NCBI GenBank assembly: GCA_951406725.2
Contig: OX597831.1
Span: 2,046,001-2,110,000 of the forward strand
Origin: Octopus vulgaris
Lineage: Eukaryota
Reading direction: 5' to 3'
Length of the DNA stretch: 64,000 nucleotides
This document shows positions 1 through 12,869 of the stretch, piece after piece. Both the position numbers and the translations under genes were made by a program. The notes under the pieces were generated by a model that saw nothing but the letters and a program-made list of their open reading frames with translations, searched no databases and was not told where the DNA came from. How positions within the stretch are numbered: position 1 is the first letter of the stretch; the number at the start of each line of letters is the position of its first letter.

Positions 1-1645
1 GACACACAGTGTTTCAATGCAGTCAGTACTGCTTTCCATCTGCAATGAGTTAAGAGGCCTTTTTACCTGACACTACCTTAATTTGATTGCTGACCAACCA
101 CTTTTATGGGCGAAATGCTTAGCGGTATTTTGTCTGCCAAGGCGGCGAGCTGGCAGAAACGTTAGCACGCTGGGCGAAATGCGTAGCCATATTTCATCTG
201 CCGTTATGTTCTGAGTTCAAATTCCGCCAAGGTCGACTTTGCCTTTCATCCTTTCGGGGTCGATAAATTAAGTACCAGTTACGCACTGGGGTCAAAATAT
301 AATCAACTTAATTCGTTTGTCTGTCCTTGTTTGTCCTCTCTGTGTTTAGCCCCTTGTGGGTAGTAAAGAAATAGGTATTTTGTCTGCCATTGCATTCTGA
401 GTTCAAATTCCGCCAAGGTCAACTTTGCCTTTCATTCTTTCAGAGTCAATAACTTAAGTACCAGTGAAACACTGGGGTTGATGTAATCAATTTAACCGCT
501 CCCTCCAAATTTCAACCCTTGTACCTATAGTAGAAAGGGTTTATATATATCATCATCATCATCATTTAAGATCTTTTCCATACTGGCATGGGTTGGACAG
601 TTTAACCAGAGCTGCACCAGGTTTCAGTTTGATTTGACTTCGTTTCTATGGTTGGATGCTCTTCCTGATGCGAACCATTTTACAGAGTGTGCTGGGTGCA
701 TTTTACATGGACCAGCCCTGGTGCTTTAGAAACACAGAAAATATAATTGGTATTTCTAAGCTTTATATTCTCCATTTCCCAGCATACAATTCAAATTTTT
801 CAGATCAAAATATACAGCCAAAGATGGTAGGTTGACTTATACACCAAGATGACTTTGGAGGACCAAACATTTCATGAGAAATACAGCAGGATTTGGAAAG
901 ATAGTGAGGATGTTTGAATGTTTACACTATACAACCTGTCAGCTTGTATGCTGGAAAATATGGTACACACGTTTCCATAGGCCAGTTGATACATTCCCAC
1001 AAGCTGGGCTTCTGGAAACACACTAATTGGCTTGCTGAGATGTGTATATATTATATAAGGCTTAAAAATACTCTTTACTCTTTTACTTGTTTCAGTCATT
1101 TGACTGCGGCCATGCTGGAGCACTGCCTTTGGTCGAGCAAATCGACCCCAGGGCTTATTCTTTGGAAGCCTAGTACTTATTCTATCGGTCTCTTTTGCCA
1201 AACTGCTAAGTTACGGGAACGTAAACACACCAGCATCAGTTGTCAAGTGATGTTGGGGGGGGGGACAAACACAGACACTCAAACACATACATATATATGA
1301 TGGGCTTCTTTCAGTTTCCGTCTACCAAATCCACTCACAAGGCTTTGGTCGGCCCAAGGCTTTGGTCGGCCCAAGGCTATTGTAGAAGACACTTGCCCAA
1401 GGTGCCACACAGTGGGACTGAACCCAGAACCATGTGGTTGGTAAGCAAGCTACTTACCACACAGCTACTCCTGCGTTGCATTTCTTATTAGTATATAACG
1501 TGGCTCAAACTCTACCTGCTAGCATGCCCAGCAATATGATAGTTGTTTTCAAACTGCACAGGATATAGGAGTGGAATGTGGAAGCAGCTCAAACTATTTG
1601 GTAATGTGTCATGCCTTCCAGCACAATTTTAATTTATATCTATAT

Positions 1646-2038
1646 AGGTGGGCACGTAACAAACACCATCCGATCGTAGCCGTTCGCCAGCCTCGTCTGG
1701 CACCTGTGTCGGTGGCACATAAGAAAAACACCAAAAACACCATATCCGAGCGTGGCCGTCTGCCAGCCTCGTCTGGCACCTGTGTCGGTGGCACATAAAA
1801 AACACCATCCGAGCGTGGCCGTCTGCCAGCCTCGTCTGGCACCTGTGTTGCTGGCACATAAAATCACCCAATACACTCTCGGAGTGGTTGGCGTTAGGAA
1901 GGGCATCCAGCTGTAGAAACACTGCCAGATCTGACTGGCCTGGTGTAGCCTTCGGGCTTGCCAGACCCCAGTTGAACCGTCCAACCCATGCTAGCATGGA
2001 AAGCGGACGTTAAACGATGATGATGATGATGATGATGA
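1646..2038 (+). mobile_element. RTE 3'-UTR-only copy with tandem GGTGGCAC units and (GAT)n tail
   Basis: Matches 20678-21045; similar copies at 5085-5461(+), 8320-8617(+), 24741-24992(+), 25931-26235(-), 36433-36910(-), 43547-43787(-), 47103-47458(-). Confidence 0.85.
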
Positions 2039-2184
2039 TAGGTGCAGTATGGCCAAATGCTTATTTAGTTCATTTTGCAACCATGAGGTATTAGTTTTGC
2101 ATGGTATTTTGGACAAACATCATTTTCTGTAGCCTTGGGTCCACCTATACGGTGCTTCACTGTTTTTTTTTGTGTAATGTGGGT

Positions 2185-3044
2185 CATTTCACTTTCTAAT
2201 AAACGAGAATTTGTCAGAAGGCCTCCAGGAAAGCGAAATGACCCACGTTACACGACGAAAACAGCGAAGTTTCGGGGTAACAGTCGGGTGCTTTGGGGAT
2301 ACATAAAAAGTGATGGTTCCAAAAAATTGGTTAAAATTAACAGTAATTTTAACAGTGACAAATACATCCCAGTTGCTGAAGGACAATTTGATACCAAACT
2401 TGGATGAAGGAGAGATTTTTCAGTACGGCAGAGCTCCATTCCACAGATTGTGTGCAACACAACAGAATCTGGCTGATGAAGGTGTTACTATATTAAAAGA
2501 TTGGCCAACACAGAGCCCTTACTTAAATATCATCAAGCAAACGTGGACAGAACTAAAGAGAAGAGTTCGTCAGAAGAATCCACACAATCTTGAAGAGTTG
2601 TGGAAGCTCAGTCACAATGGCACCTCATACCTGTGGTGAAGATGTGAGGGATTTCTTTACATCGCTTCCCAGGCACATTGAAGCAATTACTCCAGCTAAT
2701 GGAAGCCACACGAAATATTAACAATGTACAGTAACTTGTTGAAATAGACATTATGTAATATATTTTCATTATATACATTTTTTCTGTTTTAAAACACTGT
2801 ATCTTGATTGGTTTATGTGAAGTGGCTGAAAACTTTTGCCCGGCCATTTTTGGTGGTCGTCTCTCATTTTCACCCCACATTCAAAATCCCTACTACAAAA
2901 TATAATCATTAGGTATGGAAATGGCTACAACAGGGCCAATGTTTCATCTGTAAAAATCACAAAGCGAAGCATCCGCTTATAAGTTGGCAGTTAGTAGAAA
3001 TTTACAATAGTTTTTAAGTGGCCAAAGACTTTTGCATGGTGCTG
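2185..3044 (+). mobile_element. Tc1-like transposon 3' remnant with right terminal repeat
   Basis: VRRPPGKR..WG.. and DWPTQSPYLNIIKQTW (cf. WPxQSPDLNPIENLW); end gtggccaaagacttttgcatggtgctg|TA with an inner repeat copy at ~2821-2845 (IR/DR-like). Confidence 0.85.
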
Positions 3045-4959
3045 TACCTTGTGAGTAAAACTGGATAGAGAAACTGATATAGAAAACTATCAGATTAATT
3101 GTATCTGTGATACAAAAGTACAGCCTTGTCGCACACTGCTGATTCTGCCTGTGAAGTACAATAACCCTTTAGCAAATGTTATGCTTATTTATTCACAATG
3201 ATGATGATTGTTTTGAACTAATCATGTATTATCCTGTAGCTTTAACATTTCAAATGTTGACATTGTAAACTAGGTGTGAGGGACCAGATATGGCCAGTTT
3301 AAATACTAAAATGTTAAGGGTTCACTTCTATAGAATGCTTAGCTACTTACACATTAATTCGGAGACAATTCTGTTGGTTGAACTGGATCCTCATTATCAA
3401 ACAACGGAGGTCAACTACTATGTATGTGTGTGCATGTGAGGCTTTTGCATAAGGTCAGCCTGAGGTTTTGTAGAAGGTACTGCAAAATGGGATTGGTCCC
3501 AGACCCTCAAGGTAGCAAAGTAAGCTTTTTAACCATGTTTTTGTGTTTGAAAAATTCCCTCAGAGAGTGGAGGTGGTTCTGGTCTATATACATTATATAT
3601 ATTATGAATGTGTTATCTGTGTGTCTATTTATATGCTTTACGCGGGTATAAATGTTTTAAATTATGTATGTGTGTATCTCACACACACACACACATGTGT
3701 ATTTATGTTGTGTATATATATATGTTAGTGTGTCTGTGATTCTTTAAAAATATACTAGTGTGTGTGTGTTCCTATAGTAAAAGTAAAGCAAGTTATGTTG
3801 ACAAAGCATTTCACACAGTTATAGACCATAAATCCCTCTTTCCATTTATACTTACACGCATAAATAGATACCTACATAAACGAACAACATATATACATAT
3901 AAATGGTGTATAATATTTTTATTGTGTTTAACCAACGCTGTTAACCCCCCATAAAATTATTTGGGTTAGCATATGTGATGCTTGACTAATTGCTCGACAA
4001 ACCAGCTACAATGTAGGTTATTTTATCCAGCTGGGTGTAGAGGTCTGGTGGGTTCTGCAAGAGAATAATAAGATAATAATGTCCTGTTTCATAGAATTAT
4101 TATACACACCTTAAATACTTCGCTGGTCTGACACGCTTATATTATGTACACTGTTGTGTCGTTCTCTTTGTAGTTTTAGCCCAGAAGATCGGCGCTGGTT
4201 AAGTAGACCTTATAATCAAAAATGTACCAGTTTTGACCAACTTGTCGTGTTTTGTTTATCTTTCTATCTTTCAGTCATTGGACTGAAGCCATGACCGGAC
4301 ACTGCTTCGAAAGTTTTTAGTCGAACGAAACATGAATCGACAGCAGTAATTATTTTAAAGCCTGGTGTTTATTTTATTTGTTTCTAAGTTGTGGGGGCCT
4401 AAACAAACCAGCACCGTTTGTCAAGCTGGGTGGAAAACAAACATAGACACATACAATAGAGACATACACACACACACACGTGTGTGTGCGCGCGTGAGAG
4501 AGACAAGCTTCTTTCAGTTTCTGTCTACGAAATTCACTCACTAGGCTTTGGTTGGCCCAGAGTAAAAGACATTTGTCCAAGGTGCCATGCAGTGGAACTG
4601 AACCTGGAACCATGTGGTTGAGAAGCATACTTCTTACCATATAACAAGGAAGATTGGATGATGTGGACATAGATACAGTACCTAGAATAAAGATAGGTGG
4701 TCATTGCTGGAATGTCTCTGATCATTAATCTACTCCTTCAAGGTTGACCTGGAACTATAAGAGATCTCTGTGCAGTTGCATGATCTGTTAGAAATAGCTG
4801 GCAAATCTCTTGGTGTGTGATTGAGAAATTCACTTCTCAACCATGTGGTTTCAGTTTCAGTCCCACTGTGTGACACCTTAAGCAAGTGTCTTCTATCATA
4901 TCCCTGGGTTGACCAAAACCTTGTATGTGAATCTGGTGGACGATAATTGAAAGAAGCCC

Positions 4960-4992
<33 letters not shown>

Positions 4993-5084
4993 ATTCGGTT
5001 GGTGCATAATTATTGTGGCTTTTTTTCAATTAATTTTATTTAACAAAAATTTTAACAAAACGCCAAGCAGAAATTGAAGCAGAT

Positions 5085-5461
5085 TATCGAAATCGAAATT
5101 GAACCAATCCTATGACTGGCACCCTGCAGATGCCAGGACCCCTGGACTGGTGGTACGTAAAAAGCACTATCCGAATCGTGGCCGATGCCAGCGCCACCTC
5201 GACTGGCTTCCGTGCCGGTGGCACGTAAAATGCACCAATCCAACCGTTGCCGATGCCAGCCTCGCCTGGCACCTGTGCAGGTGGCACGTAAAAAGCACCC
5301 ACTACACTCACGGAGTGGTTGGCGTTAGGAAGGGCATCCAGCTGTAGAAACATTGCCAGATAAGACTGGAGCCTGGTGCAGCCTTCTGGCTTCCCAGATC
5401 CCTGGTTGAACCGTCCAACCCATGCTAGCATGAAGAACGGACGTTAAACGATGATGATGAT
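5085..5461 (+). mobile_element. RTE 3'-UTR copy beginning at the (GAAATC)n junction
   Basis: Near-identical to the reverse complement of 20678-21070. Confidence 0.88.
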
Positions 5462-6488
5462 CATATATTGTCAGACAAGAAAGGTTAGAGAATAGATGTT
5501 TTGTATATATGTATATGTGCAAATATCTGTATATTGATGTCTCCTTGTTTTGACATTGTATACTAATTATAAACAAGCATCACTGTCATACAAGCAGTGT
5601 CATTCATTTCCAATAATCTGCAAAAACATGTCTGGCCACTAGGTAGAAAATCTGCTTCAATAAACTCTGTCTGACCCATACAAATATGGAATGTAGTTAT
5701 TAAAATAATAATGATGACAGCAAAAACGATAATGGTGTAGGTAGGGCTTAGAAAAGAAGGGATATTGCATAATGTGGCAAAACATAAGTGTAAATAGACG
5801 AGATGGTTATAGATCTGCTTTATCAGAACTGACCTAGGTTTAAACAATAAGAAACTATTTGCTGAATTCAACAAAAAAGAAAACCTTCATTTATCAACTA
5901 AAGCAGTTCCACCACTAACCACCCCAAAAAGCTCCAATTCTGTCACACGATGGCTTCAAGCTGGGAATTTTACATACACATGTGAAACTATTCTAATCCT
6001 AAAAATGAAGAGAAAACAAGAAAACTTGTTCACTATGTCAATCAGACCGACTTTTACACCATGCTAGAGCAGGTGTGGGAAGAAGTGAAAACGAAAAAAT
6101 CAAAAAATTAATAAATAAACTGTTGTAGGTGGAAGGAAAAATGCAGTTTCTGAATTACATGATTACTTCAAGGGTAAAGCTTTACTTTCCATATATTTTA
6201 TCTATGTTCTTTCATTTTAGAATTTGTCTTTGTAAAAATTTTGATCTGAACCAGTGTGCTTAATGAAACCAACATTGTTATATTTTGGAAGTGTTATGCT
6301 AAAGCCTATAAACACAGGTTGTTATTTGTCTATATTCTTTCTGTATTCCATCAGTATTTCTCAACCAATTTTTACTTATTGGACCCCTTTGATTCCTATT
6401 TTACTCTGATTAACCCTTTACTTTGATATCACGGGATAATTATGAATGAGTGTCCCTATCATAATAAGCAGTGTCTCATGTTATCAAT

Positions 6489-6594
6489 GTACTAGCTACG
6501 GCGGTACATATTCTAAAATTGGAATGATACAGAGAAGATTAGCATGGCCCCTGCGTAAGGACGACACGCACATTCATGAAGCATTCCATATTTT
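6489..6594 (+). pseudogene. U6: Full-length U6 snRNA copy (retroposed, decayed)
   Basis: GTACTAGCTACGGCGGTACATATTCTAAAATTGGAATGATACAGAGAAGATTAGCATGGCCCCTGCGTAAGGACGACACGCACATTCATGAAGCATTCCATATTTT. ACAGAGA box and AGC triad present; several CpG-decay changes; upstream sequence is a repeat, not an obvious PSE/TATA promoter. Confidence 0.92.
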
Positions 6595-7032
6595 CTAGGT
6601 AGTGGGTAGCAATTTTCTTCACTACTTCATGGAGTGTCGACCCTACCTGACACGAGTCCCGGGCTCAGCTGGCTCTGGCTGACAGTACCTAGTATGGGCC
6701 CCTATCCAGGGTTACGGAAAGGAGACAACCTTCAAAAAAATCCGGAGTGGAGCCCCGTAGGCGGTTTAGTGTTCGACTCGACACTTTTCCGGCAGCTCCT
6801 GCAACCAAGCTGGTGCCAAACGTAATGCTCTGCACTCCTTTGGATTACGTCAGCAAGGTCGAGAGAGGAATCCTGACGATTGGGCTACCCAGGATTTTCT
6901 TACATCTGGCCGAGGCCCGCGCAAAACTGGGGAGGGAAATGGAGAGGACATGAAGTGTAAAAACTAGACTGGATTAGTTTATGCGCAACTCCATTGTCTT
7001 CCGAGACAAAAGGATGCCAACAACAACAACAA
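6489..7032 (+). mobile_element. U6-headed composite retroposon: U6 + GC-rich body + (CAA)n tail
   Basis: Flanked by catgttatcaat (6477-6488) and catgtttccaat (7033-7044), 10/12 identical; interrupts an older repeat. Confidence 0.75.
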
Positions 7033-7525
7033 CATGTTTCCAATCTTCTATGGAAACATATCTGACAATGAGTAAATATTTCTTTGCTTTGGAAGCAGGT
7101 GAAGATTGTTAACAGGAAGGACATCTAACCATACAAAATCTGATTTTAATGAATTCCATCTGACCCATGCAGGCATGGAAAGTGGATGTTAAAATGATGA
7201 AAATGATAACAAATACATTGAGGAACATGCAATACCCTATATATACTGATGAGTTGAGTCTAACCTATATATAGCTTGGAAGCTCCTCGTTAAAATATTA
7301 CACTAGAAGCTCTCACAAAAATTATATAACATATACACCATTTAATTATTATAAGGCCCCTGTGGATTATGAAGCACTAAGCTATATTTAGCTTGTTTAG
7401 CTTATGTTTAAATCTGGCACTGTGAGCATGTTGAGCAGTTCTTTTTGGTTTGGAGCAATTAAATTCTTCAACCAAAGTTTCTTTCTATGTTATTTTGAGA
7501 TTGGAAAGAATGTGTGTGTGTGTGT

Positions 7526-7526
7526 G

Positions 7527-7563
<37 letters not shown>

Positions 7564-7840
7564 TTCTCTTCTCTCTCTCTCTCTCATTCTAGCTTTTCTC
7601 TCTCTTTCTCGTCTTTTGCTTCTCTTTCTCATTTCTTTCTTTTTCTTCTCTCTCTTTCTCTCTCTCTCTCTCTCTTTCACTTCTCTCTCTCTCTCTCATT
7701 CTAGCTTTTCTCTCTCTTTCTCTCTCCCATTCTCTATGTCTTTCTCATTTCTCTTATTTCTCTCTCTCTCTTTTGTTTTTCTATTTTACCTCTCTTTCTC
7801 TCTCCTTCAGTCTGCTTCTCTCTCTCTCTCTCTCTCTTTT
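7526..7840 (+). repeat. (CT)n-rich polypyrimidine tract
   Basis: Directly visible; includes an internal duplication of ctcattctagcttttctctc. Confidence 0.95.
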
Positions 7841-8954
7841 GTTGTCTTTGAAGAAGAAACCCTATAGATATGGTAATCTCTGACATCGGTGATATTGTTG
7901 TAGTTATTGTAAATTTATATGGAAAATTGGATTTTGACTGAGTATGTTATGTATAAGACAGTGATGGAGAGAGAAAGAGTACGGGTGTGTGTGCACATGT
8001 GTAATTAAATCTGTCATTGGTTACCTTAATGATTGAACAGTGAATACATTTCCTCCACTTATATCAATCATGATCATTTAACGTCCACTTTTTTATGCTC
8101 ACATAGGTCAGATTTTCCACAACTGGATACCCTTCCAGTCACACACCATCACCTGTTTCCAAGCCAGGTAATATATCCTCATGACCAGACATGCTTTTCA
8201 TGGTAGATTGGAAATGAACAATTCCACTACATTTCCATGTGTCCATAGTTTACGCTGAGTACACCATATGGAAATTCTACCAACACCTCTTATATGTATT
8301 AAACAGGGCTAATGTGCTAAGAGCACCATCCGAGTGTGATCATTGCCAGAGCGGCTAACTGGCTTCCGTGCCGGTGGCATGTGTAAAAAGATTCAAGCGA
8401 GGTCGTTGCCAGTACCTCCTGACTGGCCCCCGTGCCGGTGGCACGTAAAAGCACCCACTACACTCTCGGAGTGGTTGGCATTAGGAAGGGCATCCAGCTG
8501 TAGAAACTCTACCAGATCAAGATTGGAGCCTGGTGCAGCCATCTGGTTCACCAGCCCTCAGTCAAAATCGTTCAACCCATGCTAGCATGGAAAGCGGGCG
8601 TTAAATGATGATGATGAGGGCTATTTACCCGAAGAGATTAGCATCTTGTTTGTTTTCCTGCTAACTAAAACTTTGGTCTTTACAAAATTAACTTGAAGAC
8701 ACTTTGATTCCAGATTTTGTTTCCGCACCTGGAATTTCATTTCTAATTTTACTACAGTTTCAGCTATAAAAACAAGATCATAAGCATAGAGGAGGAGTTC
8801 TCATGGGCAACTGGTCTTAAATTCCTTTTTTATGGCCTGGCACACTATGATAACTAGGAGGGGATTGACAACCAACACCTTTGTAATTACTTCTCTCTAA
8901 GGTATCTTCTTTACCTTTGTAACACTTTACCTATGATGCTGCTACAGCATTCAT

Positions 8955-9400
8955 TGGGTATGATCACTTCATGAACAACCTGATTAACTGTACAGGTGAC
9001 TAGGCCATACTCACTTCTGCCAAATATTTTAAGCATCTTGACAGTAATTCCTGATGCACCAAGGGCATTCTCTGTCTTAATTGCTTTCTCTATAATACTA
9101 CTGTCAACAAGAATGACTGGACCTCTGTCAGGTTCACATGAGGAATGCTCTCATTTTTCACATTAAGTAGCACTTTCATGCCACTTTTTTTTTCAGAATC
9201 ACTAAGTGCAAGTATACCATTATCCTTCTGTACACACTTCTCTCCCACAACATCATGGTCTTTGATATACACTGTCTTGTAGTTTGGAACGCCTCATACT
9301 TTTGGTCCTCAGATGGAAAAACATTAGCAAACCTCTTTTTTTTTTTTCTGTTTCTCCTCTTGCTAAATAGGTCAGTCTCTTAGTTTCTCTTCTAGCTATC
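8955..9400 (-). mobile_element. Degenerate RTE-like LINE remnant (endonuclease-RT linker)
   Basis: Minus-strand DVVGEKCVQKDNGILALSDSEKK and GASGITVKMLK-like segments, frameshifted. Confidence 0.5.
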
Positions 9401-10510
9401 TCATATAGTTTGCTTTATTTACATTCCCAGTTCAGATCTGTCAAAGCCAACATTTGTCTTTTATTATTCTGATGGTCGATAAAATAAAAAGTAAGTAATA
9501 GTCCTGCTATACTTCCATAAGAGACGTAATGCACACTGCAGACTTACATATGCACAGATAATTTAACAGTAAGCAAGTTTGATGCTTCTACCAAAGGAAT
9601 GCCTCACATTTTTCCACAATATTTCTAGCCCCAAATGGCTTAGTTTTTATATTTTATATCTAGCACTATGTCTTTCTCTATTTCTAAGTTAAGGGTAAAA
9701 ATAAGGCAACCATACAAAACACAGCTGATCTTTACACATAGAGTAACAGCAATCAAATAATGAAAGCAGAGTGCACAACAAACATCACCGATCTGACTGC
9801 CACCTGTACTCTTGACAAGAGATGTTAGTCCTTTTCACCTACCAGGCTCATTTATATCAGCCCAAGTTGCTAGATAATTTTTCGTTCCTTTAAGAATATT
9901 GTAGAACAGAAACTTTTCATAGATTGGAATTTAAATAAACTAATCTCTATAGAAATCTATTGTTTCAAGAAAGTATTGAATTACTTCTAATTTTTTACGA
10001 TTATAGATAACAACTTGGGCTGTAACTTCTGAGCCTGAGTCGAGCATGTGTGAATGATGTCGAGAGAACATCTGCTACGAATGATATTTTTTGACACAAG
10101 GCACCTCTAAGACAACCACCAGATGTTGAAGGAAATTAAATGAACTGCGACCAGGCTCAATAAAAGAAGCCCGAGTTATTGGCTGCAATTACATACTTGA
10201 AGTCAGTGTTGGCAGAAATTAAATCAGCTTGCAAATACACATTCACTTTACTAAATTAATGCTTGGGCTAAGCCCTAACAGCCCTAGTACCAGAGTCACC
10301 ACTGAGATGTCCGGCATTCGCCATGATAGATCGCTAGCCACTACACATTCTTTATTTTCTCTCCTTGTTTCTTTCTGTGTTCCTTTCTGTGGAAGAGCGT
10401 AGGCTCGAAATGTTAAAAACTTTTTCACTTCCCGAGCGTTATACTAATACATCTGTTTGTTGCCTATACCACCTGTCTTCATTTTTTGCTTTTTTTGTGA
10501 ATTCTCCCCC

Positions 10511-10541
<31 letters not shown>

Positions 10542-10620
10542 CAATAAAGGGTGGAATATAATTAATTTAATAAAATTAATCAATTTCACCTAGTAGATTT
10601 ATCGGTATGGAAAAGACCAT

Positions 10621-10651
<31 letters not shown>

Positions 10652-10845
10652 CAAGGGGCTGTTGAAAAGTTCCTGGCTTAAAGGGTATTGCAAAAGGTCT
10701 GGTTGGAGACCCAACCTTCCAAGTTTTTTTATAGAGCTTAGAAAAACTGAAGGACCACTGCAATAAGTGTGTGAATAGAATCACAATTAACCGATCCTCC
10801 TGTATTTCTTTTACCCAAAGCCAGAAACTTTTCAAGACCCCCTTG
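10652..10845. mobile_element. Mariner-type MITE
   Basis: TA|CAAGGGGCTGTTGAAAAGTTCCTGGC ... GCCAGAAACTTTTCAAGACCCCCTTG|TA; related copy at ~15776-16040. Confidence 0.8.
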
Positions 10846-11150
10846 TACATGCATGGGTGTCTTTCTGTCTGGATTTATCCCCCACCACCACTTGACAACG
10901 GGTGTTGGTGTGTTTACGTCCCCATAACTTATCAGTTCAGCAAAAGAGACTGACAGAATAAGTATCTGGCTTCAAAAAAATAATAATAATAATTCCTGGG
11001 GTCAAGTCATTTGGCTATAAATTCTTGAAAGTGGTGCCTTAGCATGGCCACAGTCTTAATGGCTGAAACAAGTAAAAAAAAAAATTTTTTTAAAAAGGAA
11101 GAAAAAGAAAAATACTTATGTTAGAAACATATATTTGTTTAATCCACATA

Positions 11151-11405
11151 CTCTTTTACTCTTTTACTCTTTTACTCTTTTACTCTTTTACTCTTTTTGC
11201 TCTTTTACTTGTTTCAGTCATTTGACTGCGGCCATGCTGGAGCACCACCTTTAGTCGAGCAAATCGACCCCGGGACTTATTCTTTGGAAGCCCAGTACTT
11301 ATTCTATCGGTCTCTTTTTGCCGAACCGCTAAGTGACGGGGACGTAAACACACCAGCATCGGTTGTCAAGCAATGCTAGGGGGACAAACACAGACACACA
11401 AACAT

Positions 11406-11448
<43 letters not shown>

Positions 11449-11614
11449 TACGACGGGCTTCTTTCAGTTTCCGTCTACCAAATCCACTCACAAGGCTTTG
11501 GTCGGCCCGAGGCTATAGTAGAAGACACTTGCCCAACATGCCACGCAGTGGGACTGAACCCGGAACCATGTGGCTTGTAAGTAAGCTACTTACCACACAG
11601 CCACTCCTGCGCCT
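11151..11614 (-). mobile_element. tRNA-derived SINE family A (~430 bp, internal TA/TG microsatellite, (AAAAGAGT)n tail)
   Basis: Head with A-box TGGCTGTGTGG and B-box GGTTCAGTCC; other copies at 1070-1475(-), 12445-12869(-), 18031-18430(+), 42447-42705(-), 45825-46125(-), 47690-48019(-), 50385-51328(-, split), 61924-62286(+). Confidence 0.9.
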
Positions 11615-12080
11615 AAACTTTTCTTATTTTTATCCTCTTTCCGCATCTCTGCTCTTCCATTTATTTTTGTTTTTACTCCAAATTAGCTCTTAGTAATGAA
11701 GACACACCCTACTTGCCAACAAATTACTTAATTTGACAGATAGTTAATATATTTTATGAATTAATTAATCGAATATTTTCTTTCCAGTAATTTTACTTTT
11801 ACTTATCATATACTGATGATGATGATGATGATGATGATGGTGATGTTTTTTTTTTCTGGTTCGTGGCAGGGAATATCTCCTTGACAACCACAACTTGGCT
11901 AAATACGTGGGTGTGTGTGTGTAAGTGTGTGTTGTGGTTAAACAGACAGTTGTATGTATCTGACTGAGTGAGTAAATACATAATGACGGTGATGGTAATG
12001 GTAATGGTGTTGGTGCTGGTGGTATCAGTTGTCTGGTGTTGGCATACCAACACTTAACCATAATTTATTCATATTCTATT

Positions 12081-12113
<33 letters not shown>

Positions 12114-12341
12114 AACACACATGCACACACACACACACACACACACACACAAGCATCTTTTTAACATTCTCTTTCTAGTTGGGATAGTCATCATGGACTA
12201 AGTTCTTATTCAGAGTTACTATATATAGGCTCGGGGCTATAATAGAAAACACTTGTCCAAGGTGCCACACAGTGGGACTGAACCTGAAACCACACAGTTA
12301 GGAACGTGTGTGCATACTATTGTGTTTCTGTATGTAAATGA

Positions 12342-12416
<75 letters not shown>

Positions 12417-12444
12417 GTGTGCATGTGTGTGTTTGCCTCAGCTA

Positions 12445-12869
12445 TACTCTTTACTCTCTCTTTTACTCTTTTACTTGTTTCAGTCATTTGACTGTGGCCA
12501 TGCTGGAGCACCGCCTTTAGTCGAGCAAATCGACCCCAGGACTTATTCTTTGGAGGCCTAGTACTTATTCTATCGGTCACTTTTGCGAAACTGCTAAGTT
12601 ACGGGGATGTAAACACACCACTATCAGTTGTCAAGCGATGTTGGGGGACAAACAAAGACACACAAACATATACACACACACTTATATATATATATACATA
12701 TATACGACAGGCTTCTTTCAGTTTCCGTCTCCCAAATCCACCCACAAGGCATTGGTCGGCCCGGGGCTATAGCAGAAGACACTTGCCCAAGGTGCCACGC
12801 AGTGGAAATGAACCCGGAACCATGTGGTTGGTAAGCAAGCTACTTACCACACAGCCACTCCTGCGCCTA
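12445..12869 (-). mobile_element. SINE family A copy
   Basis: Full head-to-tail match to family A. Confidence 0.88.

Noticed and set aside
6489-6594. Functional U6 snRNA gene
   Set aside because: CpG-decay substitutions, no recognisable upstream PSE/TATA, and a TSD-flanked composite insertion indicate a retrocopy.
6870-6900. Hammerhead-like CTGACGA plus hairpin in the U6-element body
   Set aside because: No GAAA after stem II and no stem I/III pairing.
7404-7867. Ser/Leu- and Arg/Glu-rich ORFs; possible micro-exon at ~7854-7872
   Set aside because: (CT)n artefacts; the micro-exon has only weak splice signals and no homology support.
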